From: Eubacteriales bacterium
GTDB lineage: Bacteria > Bacillota > Clostridia > Oscillospirales > CAG-272
DNA: 64,000 bases
Direction of reading: 5' to 3'
Assembly (NCBI GenBank): GCA_045596865.1
Contig: JAZODF010000003.1
Location: 15,525 to 79,524, forward strand
Shown: piece by piece, positions 28,058 to 37,700 of the stretch
Layout of the letters: the number at the start of each line of letters is the position of its first letter
Numbering within the stretch: position 1 is the stretch's first letter
Notes under the pieces: model-generated
Database searches by the model: none
Seen by the model: the letters and a program-made list of their open reading frames with translations, nothing else
Told to the model about the DNA's origin: nothing
Translations under genes and position numbers: made by a program

Positions 28058-28921
28058 TTACTCCTTAATCGGAATCCAGATTTCACTCCTGTAATCCTCT
28101 GCCATCATATCGCCCGAGGAATAATACTCGATCTCGGGGAGCATCGCGTGCTTATAGCCCGAGGTAGGTAGCCATTCAGAATAAATGCGCTTCCAGATAT
28201 CCTGCATGGGATTAGGCAGGGGGCGCATCGAGCCAATCACCTCAAACACCGCCCATGACGACTCGGGAATAGTCATTTCTTCGAGGTTGTCGGGACACGG
28301 CCCGTCAGACATACAGCCGATCCAATACTCGAAGCCTCCGTCATACATCTCGCCGCACATTCCGATGATGCCGTCATTGTTACTGAGGGCGGTGATCTGC
28401 TCTCTTTGCTCATCGGTGACCGAATCCCACATTTTCGGAATCTCGGTCAATTGGCTGTCATTCTCGGTGGAAAACCACCTCTTAAATCCGATGATGTGCA
28501 TCTCGTCCTTTTTCAAAATCCTGTAATTCATCGCGTTTACCCCTTTTATTGTTAATACAAAGGTGATTCTGCCGTAGGATTTCAGAATACATCCGCCGCG
28601 CTTGACCGCCGAGGGGGTAATTCCGTGCATCTGCTTAAACGCCCTCGTGAAGGAATCGGGTGACGTGTAACCGTATTTCAGCGCAACGTCGAGGACGGAC
28701 ACACCGCCCTTTTGAAGCTCGTACGCGGCGAGCGAAAGCCGACGCCTCCGCACGTATTCGACGATCGAGATGCCCGTCAGGGCATAGAACGTCCTCTGCA
28801 AATCAACCTCAAGGCATCCCGTCGCGTCCGCGATGGTCGGCATACTCAATTCATCGAGCAGATGCTCCTCGATATATTCAATCGTCGTATTCATACATTC
28901 CAAAACGTTCATGGCACTCAC
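28058..28921 (-). CDS. AraC-family transcriptional regulator with GyrI-like effector-binding domain
   Basis: N-terminal HTH_18 (ALKYGYTSPDSFTRAFKQMHGITPS), then a SOUL/GyrI-like C-terminus ending in ...EIWIPIK. Confidence 0.8.
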   Translation of the reverse strand: MSAMNVLECMNTTIEYIEEHLLDELSMPTIADATGCLEVDLQRTFYALTGISIVEYVRRRRLSLAAYELQKGGVSVLDVALKYGYTSPDSFTRAFKQMHGITPSAVKRGGCILKSYGRITFVLTIKGVNAMNYRILKKDEMHIIGFKRWFSTENDSQLTEIPKMWDSVTDEQREQITALSNNDGIIGMCGEMYDGGFEYWIGCMSDGPCPDNLEEMTIPESSWAVFEVIGSMRPLPNPMQDIWKRIYSEWLPTSGYKHAMLPEIEYYSSGDMMAEDYRSEIWIPIKE

Positions 28922-29007
28922 CTCTGTTCGTTTCTATTGTAGCATAGGGGGGATCGGATTTCTCGACCTTTTCCTACGAAAAAAGTCGGATTTTTCTCTA
29001 CGGTTAT

Positions 29008-29036
29008 AGTTTAGCATATCGACGTGCAAAAGTAAA
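29008..29036 (-). promoter_or_regulatory. Promoter-like element upstream of the AraC gene (module copy 2)
   Basis: On the minus strand: TTTACT-17 nt-TAAACT. A second extended -10 (TGcTACAAT) lies closer to the ATG. Confidence 0.4.
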
Positions 29037-29077
29037 GGGGCGATTTGCCGAAGCAAATCGCCCTGTTTACGAGCCTT
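29026..29077. repeat. 52-bp terminator/promoter module, copy 2
   Basis: See copy 1. A degenerate third copy lies at 30061-30106. Confidence 0.9.
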
Positions 29078-29222
29078 CCCCAAGTGGGGGAAGGTGGATT
29101 TTGCGTAGCAAAAGACGGATGAGGATGCCGCGCTCCCCTGCCCTCTCCGTCGGGTTACAAAGCAGCTCTCAGACACACTCTCCCACCGGGAGAGGACGAG
29201 GTGTTCACAGCCGTTTGACACC

Positions 29223-30017
29223 CTAAAACCAATAATCATGCATTTCCGAAATTATCTTATCATCTATCTCTTCATCTATCCCGTCGGGGATTACAGCATC
29301 AATATTGCACTTGGGACACAATGCGGTGTTTCCGTTGTCTATGTATCTATCAACCTCATGACTTCCAAAGGCACTCCTACAATAAAAACAATAGCACTTG
29401 TCTGATCTTATCACCAAATCGCTGTTGTGAGAGGAATAAGCATGCAACCTTTTAAGTTGAGATTCTTTTTCATGCGAATAGGATCGATTGATCTTTCGCT
29501 TTCCCTTTCCTCGATATCCCCTTAAAACCCCAAAAACAGTGCATACGGCACATATACCAAACATGATTGCCACCTTTGCAAGATCGGCTGTTGTCCTATC
29601 GGTAGCAAATAAATAAAACAGGGGGAAGAATATTCCACAAAAAGCAAGGGGAATCAATATATTACGAACTAAAACTCTCGTATTATTTGTTTTTCGGCCC
29701 GACTTGTAGTTTTCCTTTATTTCGTCGAGAGACAACACCTTTTTCTTACACTTTTTCTGGATTATTTTAATTATGCACTGCTCGTCAAAAGAAATTCTCG
29801 CTCCGCAGCAAGGGCACGAAAAGCGATACTCATATATGTCATAATCATGCCTTGGAAACGTTCCGTATTCATGATACTGATAATAATCCAAATCGTCTTT
29901 TGTCACAATGCGGTGTGTTTTTTCCTTATTTAGCTTTGTCCCGCATTTAGAGCAATAGTGATTTTTAAAGACCATACCAAAAGGAATGGAAATATATTTA
30001 CCCTTCAAACGAATCAC
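29223..30017 (-). CDS. Zinc-ribbon membrane protein, hypothetical (264 aa)
   Basis: CSKCG...CPCCG N-terminal ribbon, 2 TM helices, then a C-terminal CYCFYC...CPKC ribbon. The gene is strongly AT-rich. Confidence 0.5.
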   Translation of the reverse strand: MIRLKGKYISIPFGMVFKNHYCSKCGTKLNKEKTHRIVTKDDLDYYQYHEYGTFPRHDYDIYEYRFSCPCCGARISFDEQCIIKIIQKKCKKKVLSLDEIKENYKSGRKTNNTRVLVRNILIPLAFCGIFFPLFYLFATDRTTADLAKVAIMFGICAVCTVFGVLRGYRGKGKRKINRSYSHEKESQLKRLHAYSSHNSDLVIRSDKCYCFYCRSAFGSHEVDRYIDNGNTALCPKCNIDAVIPDGIDEEIDDKIISEMHDYWF

Positions 30018-30044
30018 ATCCTCTGATTTCTTCTCTTTTAGTTG

Positions 30045-30073
30045 ATTATATCACACCAAAGCACAAAAGTAAA
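30045..30073 (-). promoter_or_regulatory. Promoter of 29223..30017 (module copy 3)
   Basis: On the minus strand: TTTACT-17 nt-(TGa)TATAAT. Confidence 0.55.
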
Positions 30074-30111
30074 GAGGACGGCTTGATTTCTCAAACCGCC
30101 CTGTTTTATTG

Positions 30112-30210
30112 GTGAAGGTTTTGCCTACGGCAAAAGTGAAGTTGTGCCGCAAGGCACAGTGAAGTTCGTGCTACGGCACGAGTGAAGTTGATTTTGCCCA
30201 CGGCAAAATC
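30112..30210. repeat. Hairpin array A: 4 variable stem-loops separated by constant (A)GTGAAGTT
   Basis: GTGAAG(G)TT occurs at 30112, 30136, 30159 and 30182, a period of 23-24 nt. The spacers are TTTTGCC-TAC-GGCAAAA, GTGCC-GCAA-GGCAC, CGTGC-TACG-GCACG and GATTTTGCC-CAC-GGCAAAATC. Confidence 0.9.
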
Positions 30211-30212
30211 AG

Positions 30213-30761
30213 TTATTCGGTCAGGGACCTCATAGCCTCGCCGAAGCGCTGGTAATGGACGAGCTCGCGCTGGCGGAGGAATCTTATTACGTCGTTGACG
30301 TCGGGGTCATCCGACATGCGGAGGATGTTGTCGTAGGTGACGCGCGCCTTCTGCTCCGCCGCGAGGTCCTCGTTAAGGTCGCAGAGGGCATCCCCCTTCG
30401 ACTGGATGGAGGCGCAGGTGAACGGCTCGCCCGAGGCGGCGGACGGGTAAACGCCGAAGCCGTGCTCGATATAATATTTATCAAAGCCGCCCGCGTTGAT
30501 CTCCTCGGGAGTGAGGTTGCGGGTGAGCTGATGGATTATCGCGGCAACGATCTCGCCGTGGCCGAGCTCCTCGCTTCCTATATCGGTGAGCAGGCCGATT
30601 ATCTTGCCCGAGGGCATGGTGTACCGCTGGTTAAGGTAGCGGGTCGCGGCTCCTAACTCACCGTCGGGACCGCCGAGTGCACTGATTATCTGCGAGGCTA
30701 GGCGGGCGTTTGGCGTCTTGATACGGACGGGGTACTGCAATTTCTTCTCATATATCCACAT
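30213..30761 (-). CDS. cotJC: Spore coat protein CotJC (manganese catalase family)
   Basis: MWIYEKKLQYPVRIKTPNARLA...ATRYLNQRY...EELGHGE is the canonical CotJC sequence. Confidence 0.85.
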   Translation of the reverse strand: MWIYEKKLQYPVRIKTPNARLASQIISALGGPDGELGAATRYLNQRYTMPSGKIIGLLTDIGSEELGHGEIVAAIIHQLTRNLTPEEINAGGFDKYYIEHGFGVYPSAASGEPFTCASIQSKGDALCDLNEDLAAEQKARVTYDNILRMSDDPDVNDVIRFLRQRELVHYQRFGEAMRSLTE

Positions 30762-30764
30762 AAA

Positions 30765-31076
30765 CTATTTCCTCCCGTTCATCATTGCGCCGATGGCGGT
30801 GCCGTCGATCTTGTCGGGGCCGACGCCGCCGTTTGCCTCGAGGTGCCAGGGCCAGGGGCCGGTAACCCAATTCCATTTTTCACCGACGTTTGCCGCGGCG
30901 GTGAGGGGGCCGTACTTTGCCTCGTACTCCTCGACGAGGGAATTATACTCATCGACGGTGCGGTGGTAGTAGTCGAGCGACGCGCGACAGTCGGGGTGGG
31001 TGTCAAGGAACAGCTCGAGCTCGCATTTCACGAAGGCGAGGTTCTGAATCTTACGGAAAAGCTCAGCCTTATTCAT
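30765..31076 (-). CDS. cotJB: Spore coat protein CotJB
   Basis: LFRKIQNLAFVKCELELFLDTHPDC...YGPLT. I chose ATG 31076; the track start 31112 was rejected. Confidence 0.8.
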   Translation of the reverse strand: MNKAELFRKIQNLAFVKCELELFLDTHPDCRASLDYYHRTVDEYNSLVEEYEAKYGPLTAAANVGEKWNWVTGPWPWHLEANGGVGPDKIDGTAIGAMMNGRK

Positions 31077-31275
31077 TACCGTACACCCCCAGCGGCATAT
31101 ACAGCTCCTCAAAGAGGGTGCCGTGCTTTAAGGCATCCTCGGGCGAATAGAGCATACGGAAGCGCTGAATCGGAACGTAGGCATAGCCTATCCTCATTCC
31201 GTGGAGGGTCGCCTCGTCACCCTCGGGGCAATCCTCAACCACGGGGGTGGGATAACCGTTTTCATTTCTTTCCAT
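31069..31275 (-). CDS. cotJA: Spore coat-associated protein CotJA
   Basis: GYAYVPIQRF...EDALKHGTLFEELYMP. I chose ATG 31275 after AAAGGAAG. It overlaps cotJB by 8 nt. Confidence 0.65.
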   Translation of the reverse strand: MERNENGYPTPVVEDCPEGDEATLHGMRIGYAYVPIQRFRMLYSPEDALKHGTLFEELYMPLGVYGNE

Positions 31276-31422
31276 TTTTTCTTCCTTTCGGGGCGGGGTC
31301 GCCGCCCTCATACCCATTATATGAAAAGGGGTGTCGTCCTGCCACGAAATTGGCGGAATTTTACATAATATTGAGAATAACTGTTTACAATTCATCCTGG
31401 CGGGCATATTAATAAATATAGG

Positions 31423-31440
31423 AATAATTTAACACGGGTA
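31423..31440 (+). repeat. G-rich intergenic motif copy, degenerate (AATAATTTAACACGGGTA)
   Basis: Family member, located immediately upstream of cysK. Confidence 0.6.
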
Positions 31441-31447
31441 TGAGGTT

Positions 31448-32356
31448 ATGGTAGAATTTGCACGAATTTTCGACATTATTGGAAACACGCCGCTTGTCGA
31501 GCTTGATTCGCTTGTCAAGGGGGTACGAATCCTCGGGAAGCTTGAGAAGGTGAACCCGAGCGGGAGCATCAAGGACAGGTCGGCGGCGTATATTTTGCGG
31601 GGTGCATTCCTGCGGGGTGAGCTTCACGCGGGGGACACGGTCGTCGAGGCAACGAGCGGAAATATGGGCATCTCGCTTGCCATGCTTGGTGCGGCGATGG
31701 GGTTAAAGGTGCGGATAGTAATGCCAAAGAATGCGAGCCGCGAGCGGTCAGCCTTGATACGCGCGTACGGTGGCGAGGTAGTATTCACCCCCGCGGAGGG
31801 TGGAATGGATGCGGCGACGAAAGAGGCGGAGCGGATAGCGAAGCGGACGGGTGCGTTTTACACGCGGCAATTTGAAAACCGCGACGGTCTGCTCGCCCAC
31901 TACGAAACGACGGGGGCGGAAATTTACGCCGACCTCTTAGGGGTGCCTGACATCCTCGTCGCGGGGGTTGGCACGGGCGGGACGCTGTGCGGGACGGCGA
32001 AATATTTGAAGGAGCGGGGTGAGTGCGTGAGCGTCGCCGTCGAGCCGAGCGAGAGTGCCATCCTATCGGGCGGTAAGCCGAGCACGCACGGGATTGCGGG
32101 GATAGGTGCGGGCTTTGTGCCCCGTTTGGTTGACCGACGGTACATCGACCGCGTGAGCCGGGTCAGTACCGCAGAGGCGGAATTTTTCGCCGAGGCAATT
32201 CCAAAGCGGTACGGAATCGGGATAGGAATTTCGGCGGGTGCGGCGCTCGCCGCCGCGGTAAAGGCGGCAAAGGAGGAGGCAAGTGCCGGCAAGCTGATCG
32301 CAGTCATCCTGCCCGACGGGCGGGAGAGATACCTTTCCGCCGCGATTGACGGATAA
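31448..32356 (+). CDS. cysK: Cysteine synthase (O-acetylserine sulfhydrylase), PLP-dependent
   Basis: IGNTPLVEL...NPSGSIKDR...TSGNMGISLA motifs. Confidence 0.85.
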   Translation: MVEFARIFDIIGNTPLVELDSLVKGVRILGKLEKVNPSGSIKDRSAAYILRGAFLRGELHAGDTVVEATSGNMGISLAMLGAAMGLKVRIVMPKNASRERSALIRAYGGEVVFTPAEGGMDAATKEAERIAKRTGAFYTRQFENRDGLLAHYETTGAEIYADLLGVPDILVAGVGTGGTLCGTAKYLKERGECVSVAVEPSESAILSGGKPSTHGIAGIGAGFVPRLVDRRYIDRVSRVSTAEAEFFAEAIPKRYGIGIGISAGAALAAAVKAAKEEASAGKLIAVILPDGRERYLSAAIDG

Positions 32357-32592
32357 GGATAATCGGCGTGAAAGTCACCCTGCCCTTTTTCCTGCTTTTT
32401 CGCCCACAGAGTAATCAAATAAGGCTGCAAATCGCGACAACGGGTCTAGCCTTGTCGGCACTCGAGCGAGAAAAAACGGGGGCGACGGGGGCGACGCCAA
32501 GGTAACGATAGAAAAGGAAAAGCACCGCAAAACGCGACACAGGGTCGGACTTGCGATGCTTTTTATATGATTATTCGGGTCAGGATAGTTGA

Positions 32593-33921
32593 TTACTTTT
32601 GTATTTCGCCGTCGTAGCAGCGGATGACGTAGCCGCCGGCGCCCGAGTCCCATCCGTCAGCCTTCTCGATTGCCTCGAACTCGGCAACCGTGCCGCGGAA
32701 GATGACCTCCTCGAGCGAGGTGCATCCGTCAAAGAGGGCGGTGCCAAGCCTCTCGGTACCGTAGGTGAGGGTGACGGTGACGAGGTCGGCGGAGCCCGCA
32801 AAAGCGCGGTCACCAACCCATCGGATGTAACCCTGCAGCCATACGCTACGCAGGCCGGGGGTGTTGGCGAAGGCCTCCGCCTCGACACCCGTTATCTCAT
32901 AGCCGTTATAGAAGCGGGCAACAACGATGTCGGTTTCAAGGGTGGTGCCAAGACCGACGAGGGTGTAGCTCTTGTCAACGAGGTTGCCCTTGTAGGCAAG
33001 ACCCTGCGATGCCTTGATCGCGCCGCAGGAGGTGCAGGCGCTACCGTCGTATTCGTGGGGGGCGTAGTCCGTAACGAGGTCGGCGTGCTCACAGGTGGCG
33101 GCGCGCCAATGGTGGGTGCCGTTGAAGCTCCACTCATCCGAATAGGTGTGCTCGGGCGGGTAGATGGTGCCGTCGAAGCACTCGACGAGGAAGCCCGCGT
33201 TGCCGCCGTCCCAATCCTCCGCCTTCTCGATCTCGTTAAACTGCGCCATCGTGCCGCGGAAGATGATCTTTTCAAGAGAGGTACAGCCGCTGAACAGGTA
33301 GCTACCGAGATATTCGGTGCCGTAACAGAGGGTCACCTCGGTGATCGAGGTGGAGTTCTCAAACGCGCGGTCACCGACCGTCTTTATGTACGGCTGGAGC
33401 CAGATGCTGTTGATACCCTTGGCATTTGCGAACGCGCGCTCGCCAACCGCAACGATTGTATAGCCGTTATAGTAGCGGGCGACGACGATGTCGCTCTCAA
33501 GAGTTGTGCCGAGGCCGATGACGATGTAGGTGCCGCTCTCCGAGTCGCCGCGGTACTGTAATCCCTGCGACGCCTTCACCGCCGTGCAGACGATGCAGGT
33601 CTGTCCTTCAAATTCGTGCACCGCGTAGTCGGTCTTCTGGTCGGCGTGCTGACAGGTTGCGGCGCGCCAATGATACTGACCGTCGTAGCTCCATTCATCC
33701 GCGTAGGTGTGGTCGGAGGGATAGAGGACGGTACGCGAGCTCTCTCCGCAGAGGCGGCAGGTGCGGGTGCTGTATCCGCCCTTGGTGCAGGTGGGCTGAT
33801 CGATGACGACCCATTCGCCCCACTCGTGCGAGCAGGTATCATCCCCGCCGCAGGAGGTGGCAAGAATCAGAACAGTAACGGCAACGAGGATGATGCCGAT
33901 AACCGAAAAAATACGTTTCAT
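32593..33921 (-). CDS. BspA-type LRR lipoprotein built from an internal tandem duplication
   Basis: Lipobox LATSCGG. Two ~187-aa copies (aa ~67-254 and ~255-442) each contain a Cys/His module (H-T-Y-x-D-E-W-S...HWRAATC-x-HAD...C-x2-C) plus LRR units. Confidence 0.6.
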   Translation of the reverse strand: MKRIFSVIGIILVAVTVLILATSCGGDDTCSHEWGEWVVIDQPTCTKGGYSTRTCRLCGESSRTVLYPSDHTYADEWSYDGQYHWRAATCQHADQKTDYAVHEFEGQTCIVCTAVKASQGLQYRGDSESGTYIVIGLGTTLESDIVVARYYNGYTIVAVGERAFANAKGINSIWLQPYIKTVGDRAFENSTSITEVTLCYGTEYLGSYLFSGCTSLEKIIFRGTMAQFNEIEKAEDWDGGNAGFLVECFDGTIYPPEHTYSDEWSFNGTHHWRAATCEHADLVTDYAPHEYDGSACTSCGAIKASQGLAYKGNLVDKSYTLVGLGTTLETDIVVARFYNGYEITGVEAEAFANTPGLRSVWLQGYIRWVGDRAFAGSADLVTVTLTYGTERLGTALFDGCTSLEEVIFRGTVAEFEAIEKADGWDSGAGGYVIRCYDGEIQK

Positions 33922-34065
33922 TTATATCTCCAAATCTTTGATGAGATTATTATACAATATATCGCGCGCAAAATCAACCGCAAAATAGCATTTTGTCGAA
34001 ATTATAGCCTTGACGGGAAATCGAAAAGGGGTTATAATGGTAGAAAAAGACAGTCGGAGGACAAA

Positions 34066-34608
34066 ATGGGCGCGGTTTACGAGTTCGAGCGGGAGAAGCT
34101 GATCGTCGGGGTCATCTACCACGACGAGGAAATATATAAAAGGGCAATAGAGATCCTCGAGGACGAGTTCGGGCCGATCGACGGGGAGAGCGAGCGCTTC
34201 TCTTTCTCGCGCGAGTTTTCCGAATATTACGACGAGGAGATCGGGGGCGAGGGGATGCGCGTGATACTCAGCTTCCGCGAGCTCGTTGACCCCGCAAGAC
34301 AGGCAGAGATAAAGAAGCGCACCAACAAAATCGAGGCAGCGTTCTCGGTCGACGGAAACCGCAAAATCAACCTTGACCCCGGGTTTATAAACCACGGGCG
34401 GCTGATGCTCGCAACAACGAAGAAGGCGGGATTCCGCATCCCCCTCTCGGACGGGATATATACCGAGCTGACCCTGTTTTGGGCGAGGGGTGGGTGGCAA
34501 AAGCTCCCCTGGTCCTACCGCGACTACCAGTCCGAGCGGGTGCAAGGGTTTATCACCGAGGTAAGGCGCACCTACCTTCGCCAACGGAAGGAGGAGGGAC
34601 AGGTTTAA
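34066..34608 (+). CDS. DUF4416 family protein
   Basis: 180 aa with ...INLDPGFINHGRLMLATTKKAGFRIPL...LPWSYRDY, a pattern I associate with DUF4416. I chose ATG 34066 because the upstream 150 codons of the track ORF are antisense to the LRR gene. Confidence 0.55.
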   Translation: MGAVYEFEREKLIVGVIYHDEEIYKRAIEILEDEFGPIDGESERFSFSREFSEYYDEEIGGEGMRVILSFRELVDPARQAEIKKRTNKIEAAFSVDGNRKINLDPGFINHGRLMLATTKKAGFRIPLSDGIYTELTLFWARGGWQKLPWSYRDYQSERVQGFITEVRRTYLRQRKEEGQV

Positions 34609-34667
34609 TGTAACGGTTTGTTTACATTATCCCCTTCCCTACCGAGCGAAAACGCCAAATAATTTGA

Positions 34668-34704
34668 CACGCCCCCGAGGTAATTACCTCGGGGGCGTGC
34701 TTTT
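34668..34704. terminator. Bidirectional terminator between DUF4416 gene and the NLR-like gene
   Basis: CACGCCCCCGAGGTAATTACCTCGGGGGCGTG is a perfect 14-bp stem. It is followed by CTTTTT on + and preceded by an A/T-rich stretch. Confidence 0.7.
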
Positions 34705-34757
34705 TGCCATAATGTAATTATGAGGGGAGCAGGTGTGCGGTGGGTGCGGTTTACGGG

Positions 34758-37700
34758 TTATTCCACATCACTGAGGGCATCGGCAATATAGTCGATGACG
34801 TCCGAATACTCGCGCACAGCGAAGCTGTCCTTCTCCAATTTCCGAACGCGGGCGAGCTGACGGCCGAGGGCGTTAAGGGCGCGGTTTGTGAGCGTGCCGT
34901 AGGCGCAACAGAGGTAGTGGCGAATAAGCAGGAATACCTCGTAGGAGTCATCCTGATCATCCTCGTCGATCTCGATTTCGTTAAGGGCGTCGAGGATATC
35001 CGTCACGTCCTCTTCCCGCTCGAACTGCGAAAGGAATCCGAGGCAGGAAACAATATCGTCAAAGCGCGACATAAAGACGGACAGGCGGATTGTGCTACCC
35101 TCTATCGCATCGGCAAGACGCCAGACCTCGTGTGCCGCGGCGTCGAGCATGGACGAGAATATCTCGCTCTCGTCGATCTCATAGATCATATCGAAAAGGC
35201 GAAGGAATTTCGCAATGTAGAATACCGAGTAATCGAGGTCGGCAATCTGCTTCGTTCGGTAGGAGATCATACGCGCAATGCTCGCAAGCGAGTGGAGCAG
35301 CGTAACGTCGTCGGCATCCGAATAGACGAGGTCGATGATATAGAGCATATCACGAAGCATACGCACCATGCGTGAGTCGAAGAAGTATATTGCCTGTCGG
35401 GTGAGGCGGACGAAATTTTCGACGAGCAGGCGCGCGTTGTCCATATCCTCCTCTTCGATTAGCAGACGAATGGTATCGACGTACGCCTCGGCGACGGTAT
35501 AGAAATCATCGGGTGTCGTTCGGCTGAGCGCGGCGTCGTCGCTCGCCTTGAAGGAGTTATAGGAATTTATCGCGGCGACGAGCAGATTGCCATAGGCGTC
35601 CTCGTCGTCATCCTTGATCTCGCGGGCGGTGTTGTAGTAAATATGCCCTGCGAGAATGGTGTTCTCATACCCGTCCTCCTCGAGATCGACCCTATACAAG
35701 GGGTCATCCGCGCGTCCGAAATAGGAGTCGGATATGCCGTAATCACGGGCGATTTTTTGCACGGTGAGCGCGGATATAAAGTGCTGTGTGATCGCGAAGG
35801 GATAGAGCAAGAGGTCTGAAACGTACTCGTTCACCTCGTTTTCCCAGAGGTGGATGCAGAGCTGCGGGTCCACGTCGAGAAGGTCGTTGATAAGGCGCAC
35901 ACGGGCGTACATTGCGAGGCTGTTGTAGCCTGCGTTCTCCTCGGTTCCCTCGATGAAGGGCATACGCTCCACAAGGTCGACGAGGAAGACGTTTATCAGC
36001 GACGGCTCACCCCTCAGCTGGCTCTTCACGGGCAGGCGGGAGATGAGATAGGAAAAGTCCTCGTTCGGGTCGATGAGGGCGAGCTTGCAGACGATTTCGG
36101 CGGCGCGGTCGGTGTTGCGGATGAGCCAATCGAGCTGGTCGGTGAGAAACTCCTTCGTTTCCGCCTCGTTTTCGTCGATGGCGGCGTGATACTCGTAGAT
36201 CAGGCGGGGTGCGAGCTCGCGATCGGGCATCATTGCGGCGGTGCTGATCGCATATTTACCAAGATTTTCGGCGTTATCGGGAGCTGTAATATAGTCGAAA
36301 ATGTGACACGGGGTGCCATCAAAGCCCTCGAGAGTCAGCTTTTCGCGTATCGCCCTCAGCATACGGCGATTGGTAATCCTGTAGCCCGCGGTCTTGGTGT
36401 TATAGGTAATAAAGCTAGATAGAGTTTTGACGGTGATGGCGAAATTCAAGGCGCTAAAATGCCAGCCGAGGCTCTCGAAGAACTGCTTCACAAAGCCCTC
36501 GGTAACGTAGACGGGGAAATAGGCCAAGAGGCCCATCAGGCGATAGACGAACTCGCGGTCGATGCGCTCGGACGCCTCCTCGATAAGCTCGGCGGTGATG
36601 CTCTCAAGATCGTCGGCGAGGCCGTCAACGATAGAGATCATATACTTATTTATGTTGTCCATGCCGTCGCCGAGGGCACGGATGTTGGCGAAGTCCTCGC
36701 TATCGAGGAGCAGGAGGCGGTCAACGACCAGCTTGATATAGAGCGGCAGGTCGCTCTCCCCCTTCGAGATGATGCTGTCGACGACGACGTCGGGCAGCTC
36801 CTTATGCCTTCCCTTCACCACCGTTTTGATAAATTCGCGCTTTTGCTCGTCCTCGAGCGGCTCCATGATATACGTTTCCGAGAAATTACAGTTCGGCGCA
36901 ATCATCAGGGGTCGCTTCTCCGCCGAGCTGTACGCAAGGATGAGGAAGAGAGTGTCAACCTCCGCCTCGGTGATGGCGTAGCGGGCGGGATCGGCGGGCA
37001 GCCCCTCGTAGAAGCCGACCCACAGATCGTAATAGAGGTCATAGTCGCAGTCGTCAACCACGCCGATGACGGGGTACGGATACTCCTTGATAAGCGTCCT
37101 CACCCGCTCGGATACGGCGGCGCGGCAATCGACGCTCTCGTCCTCGTAATCCTGCTCGGTTATGGGCAGGCCCATTGCCTCCTCAAGGGCGTAGAGGACG
37201 ATTTTTAAGAAGTTCGCGCCGAGGATAGAATAGCCGTCGAGCCCCATGACGAAGGGGACGAGCAGAAATTTGGCATCCTCGTTCTCGTAAAATTCGCGGT
37301 AGTAATTGGAAACGAAGGCGGTCTTGCCCGAGCCCTGCTCACCCTCGACCATGGTGACGAGGCAATGCTCGTCCGAGTAGATGCCCGCGAGGGCGGCGGA
37401 GGAGCCCGTAGCAATCTCGACGTAGTGGCGCGAGTGCTCCATATAGTAGCGGTGGGCGGAATTCATGGCGCGGCGCTGCCACGGGATATTGCTCTCGCGG
37501 TCCATGTCAGCGTCGAAAACGCGACACAGGTCGGCACGTATGACGTCCATCAGGGGCAATAGCCCCTCGACCGCGCGGGTCTTTCCGTTCCATTTCGCGT
37601 CGTAATATCTTATCGAATCGGGGTATATTTCGGCAATGCGCGCCTTGAGCGCGTCGAGCTTTGCGCGGTGAGTTTCGCTCTCCGCCTCGTAGTCGCGGCG

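Noticed and set aside
30112-30210. Possibility that the GTGAAGTT arrays (here and at 43377-43540) are CRISPR arrays
   Set aside because: The repeat is only 8-9 nt. The spacers are 14-21 nt and are themselves perfect palindromes. No cas genes or leader are in the window.
31431-31456. Apparent promoter TTAACA-N17-TAGAAT upstream of cysK
   Set aside because: The -10 hexamer overlaps the cysK start codon itself (ATGGTAGAAT), so it cannot drive a normal cysK mRNA. The TTAACA belongs to the dispersed G-rich motif.
33616-34065. 150-codon upstream extension of the DUF4416 ORF
   Set aside because: It is antisense to the 5' end of the LRR lipoprotein gene and its promoter region. The DUF4416-like sequence starts at ATG 34066, after GGAGGA.
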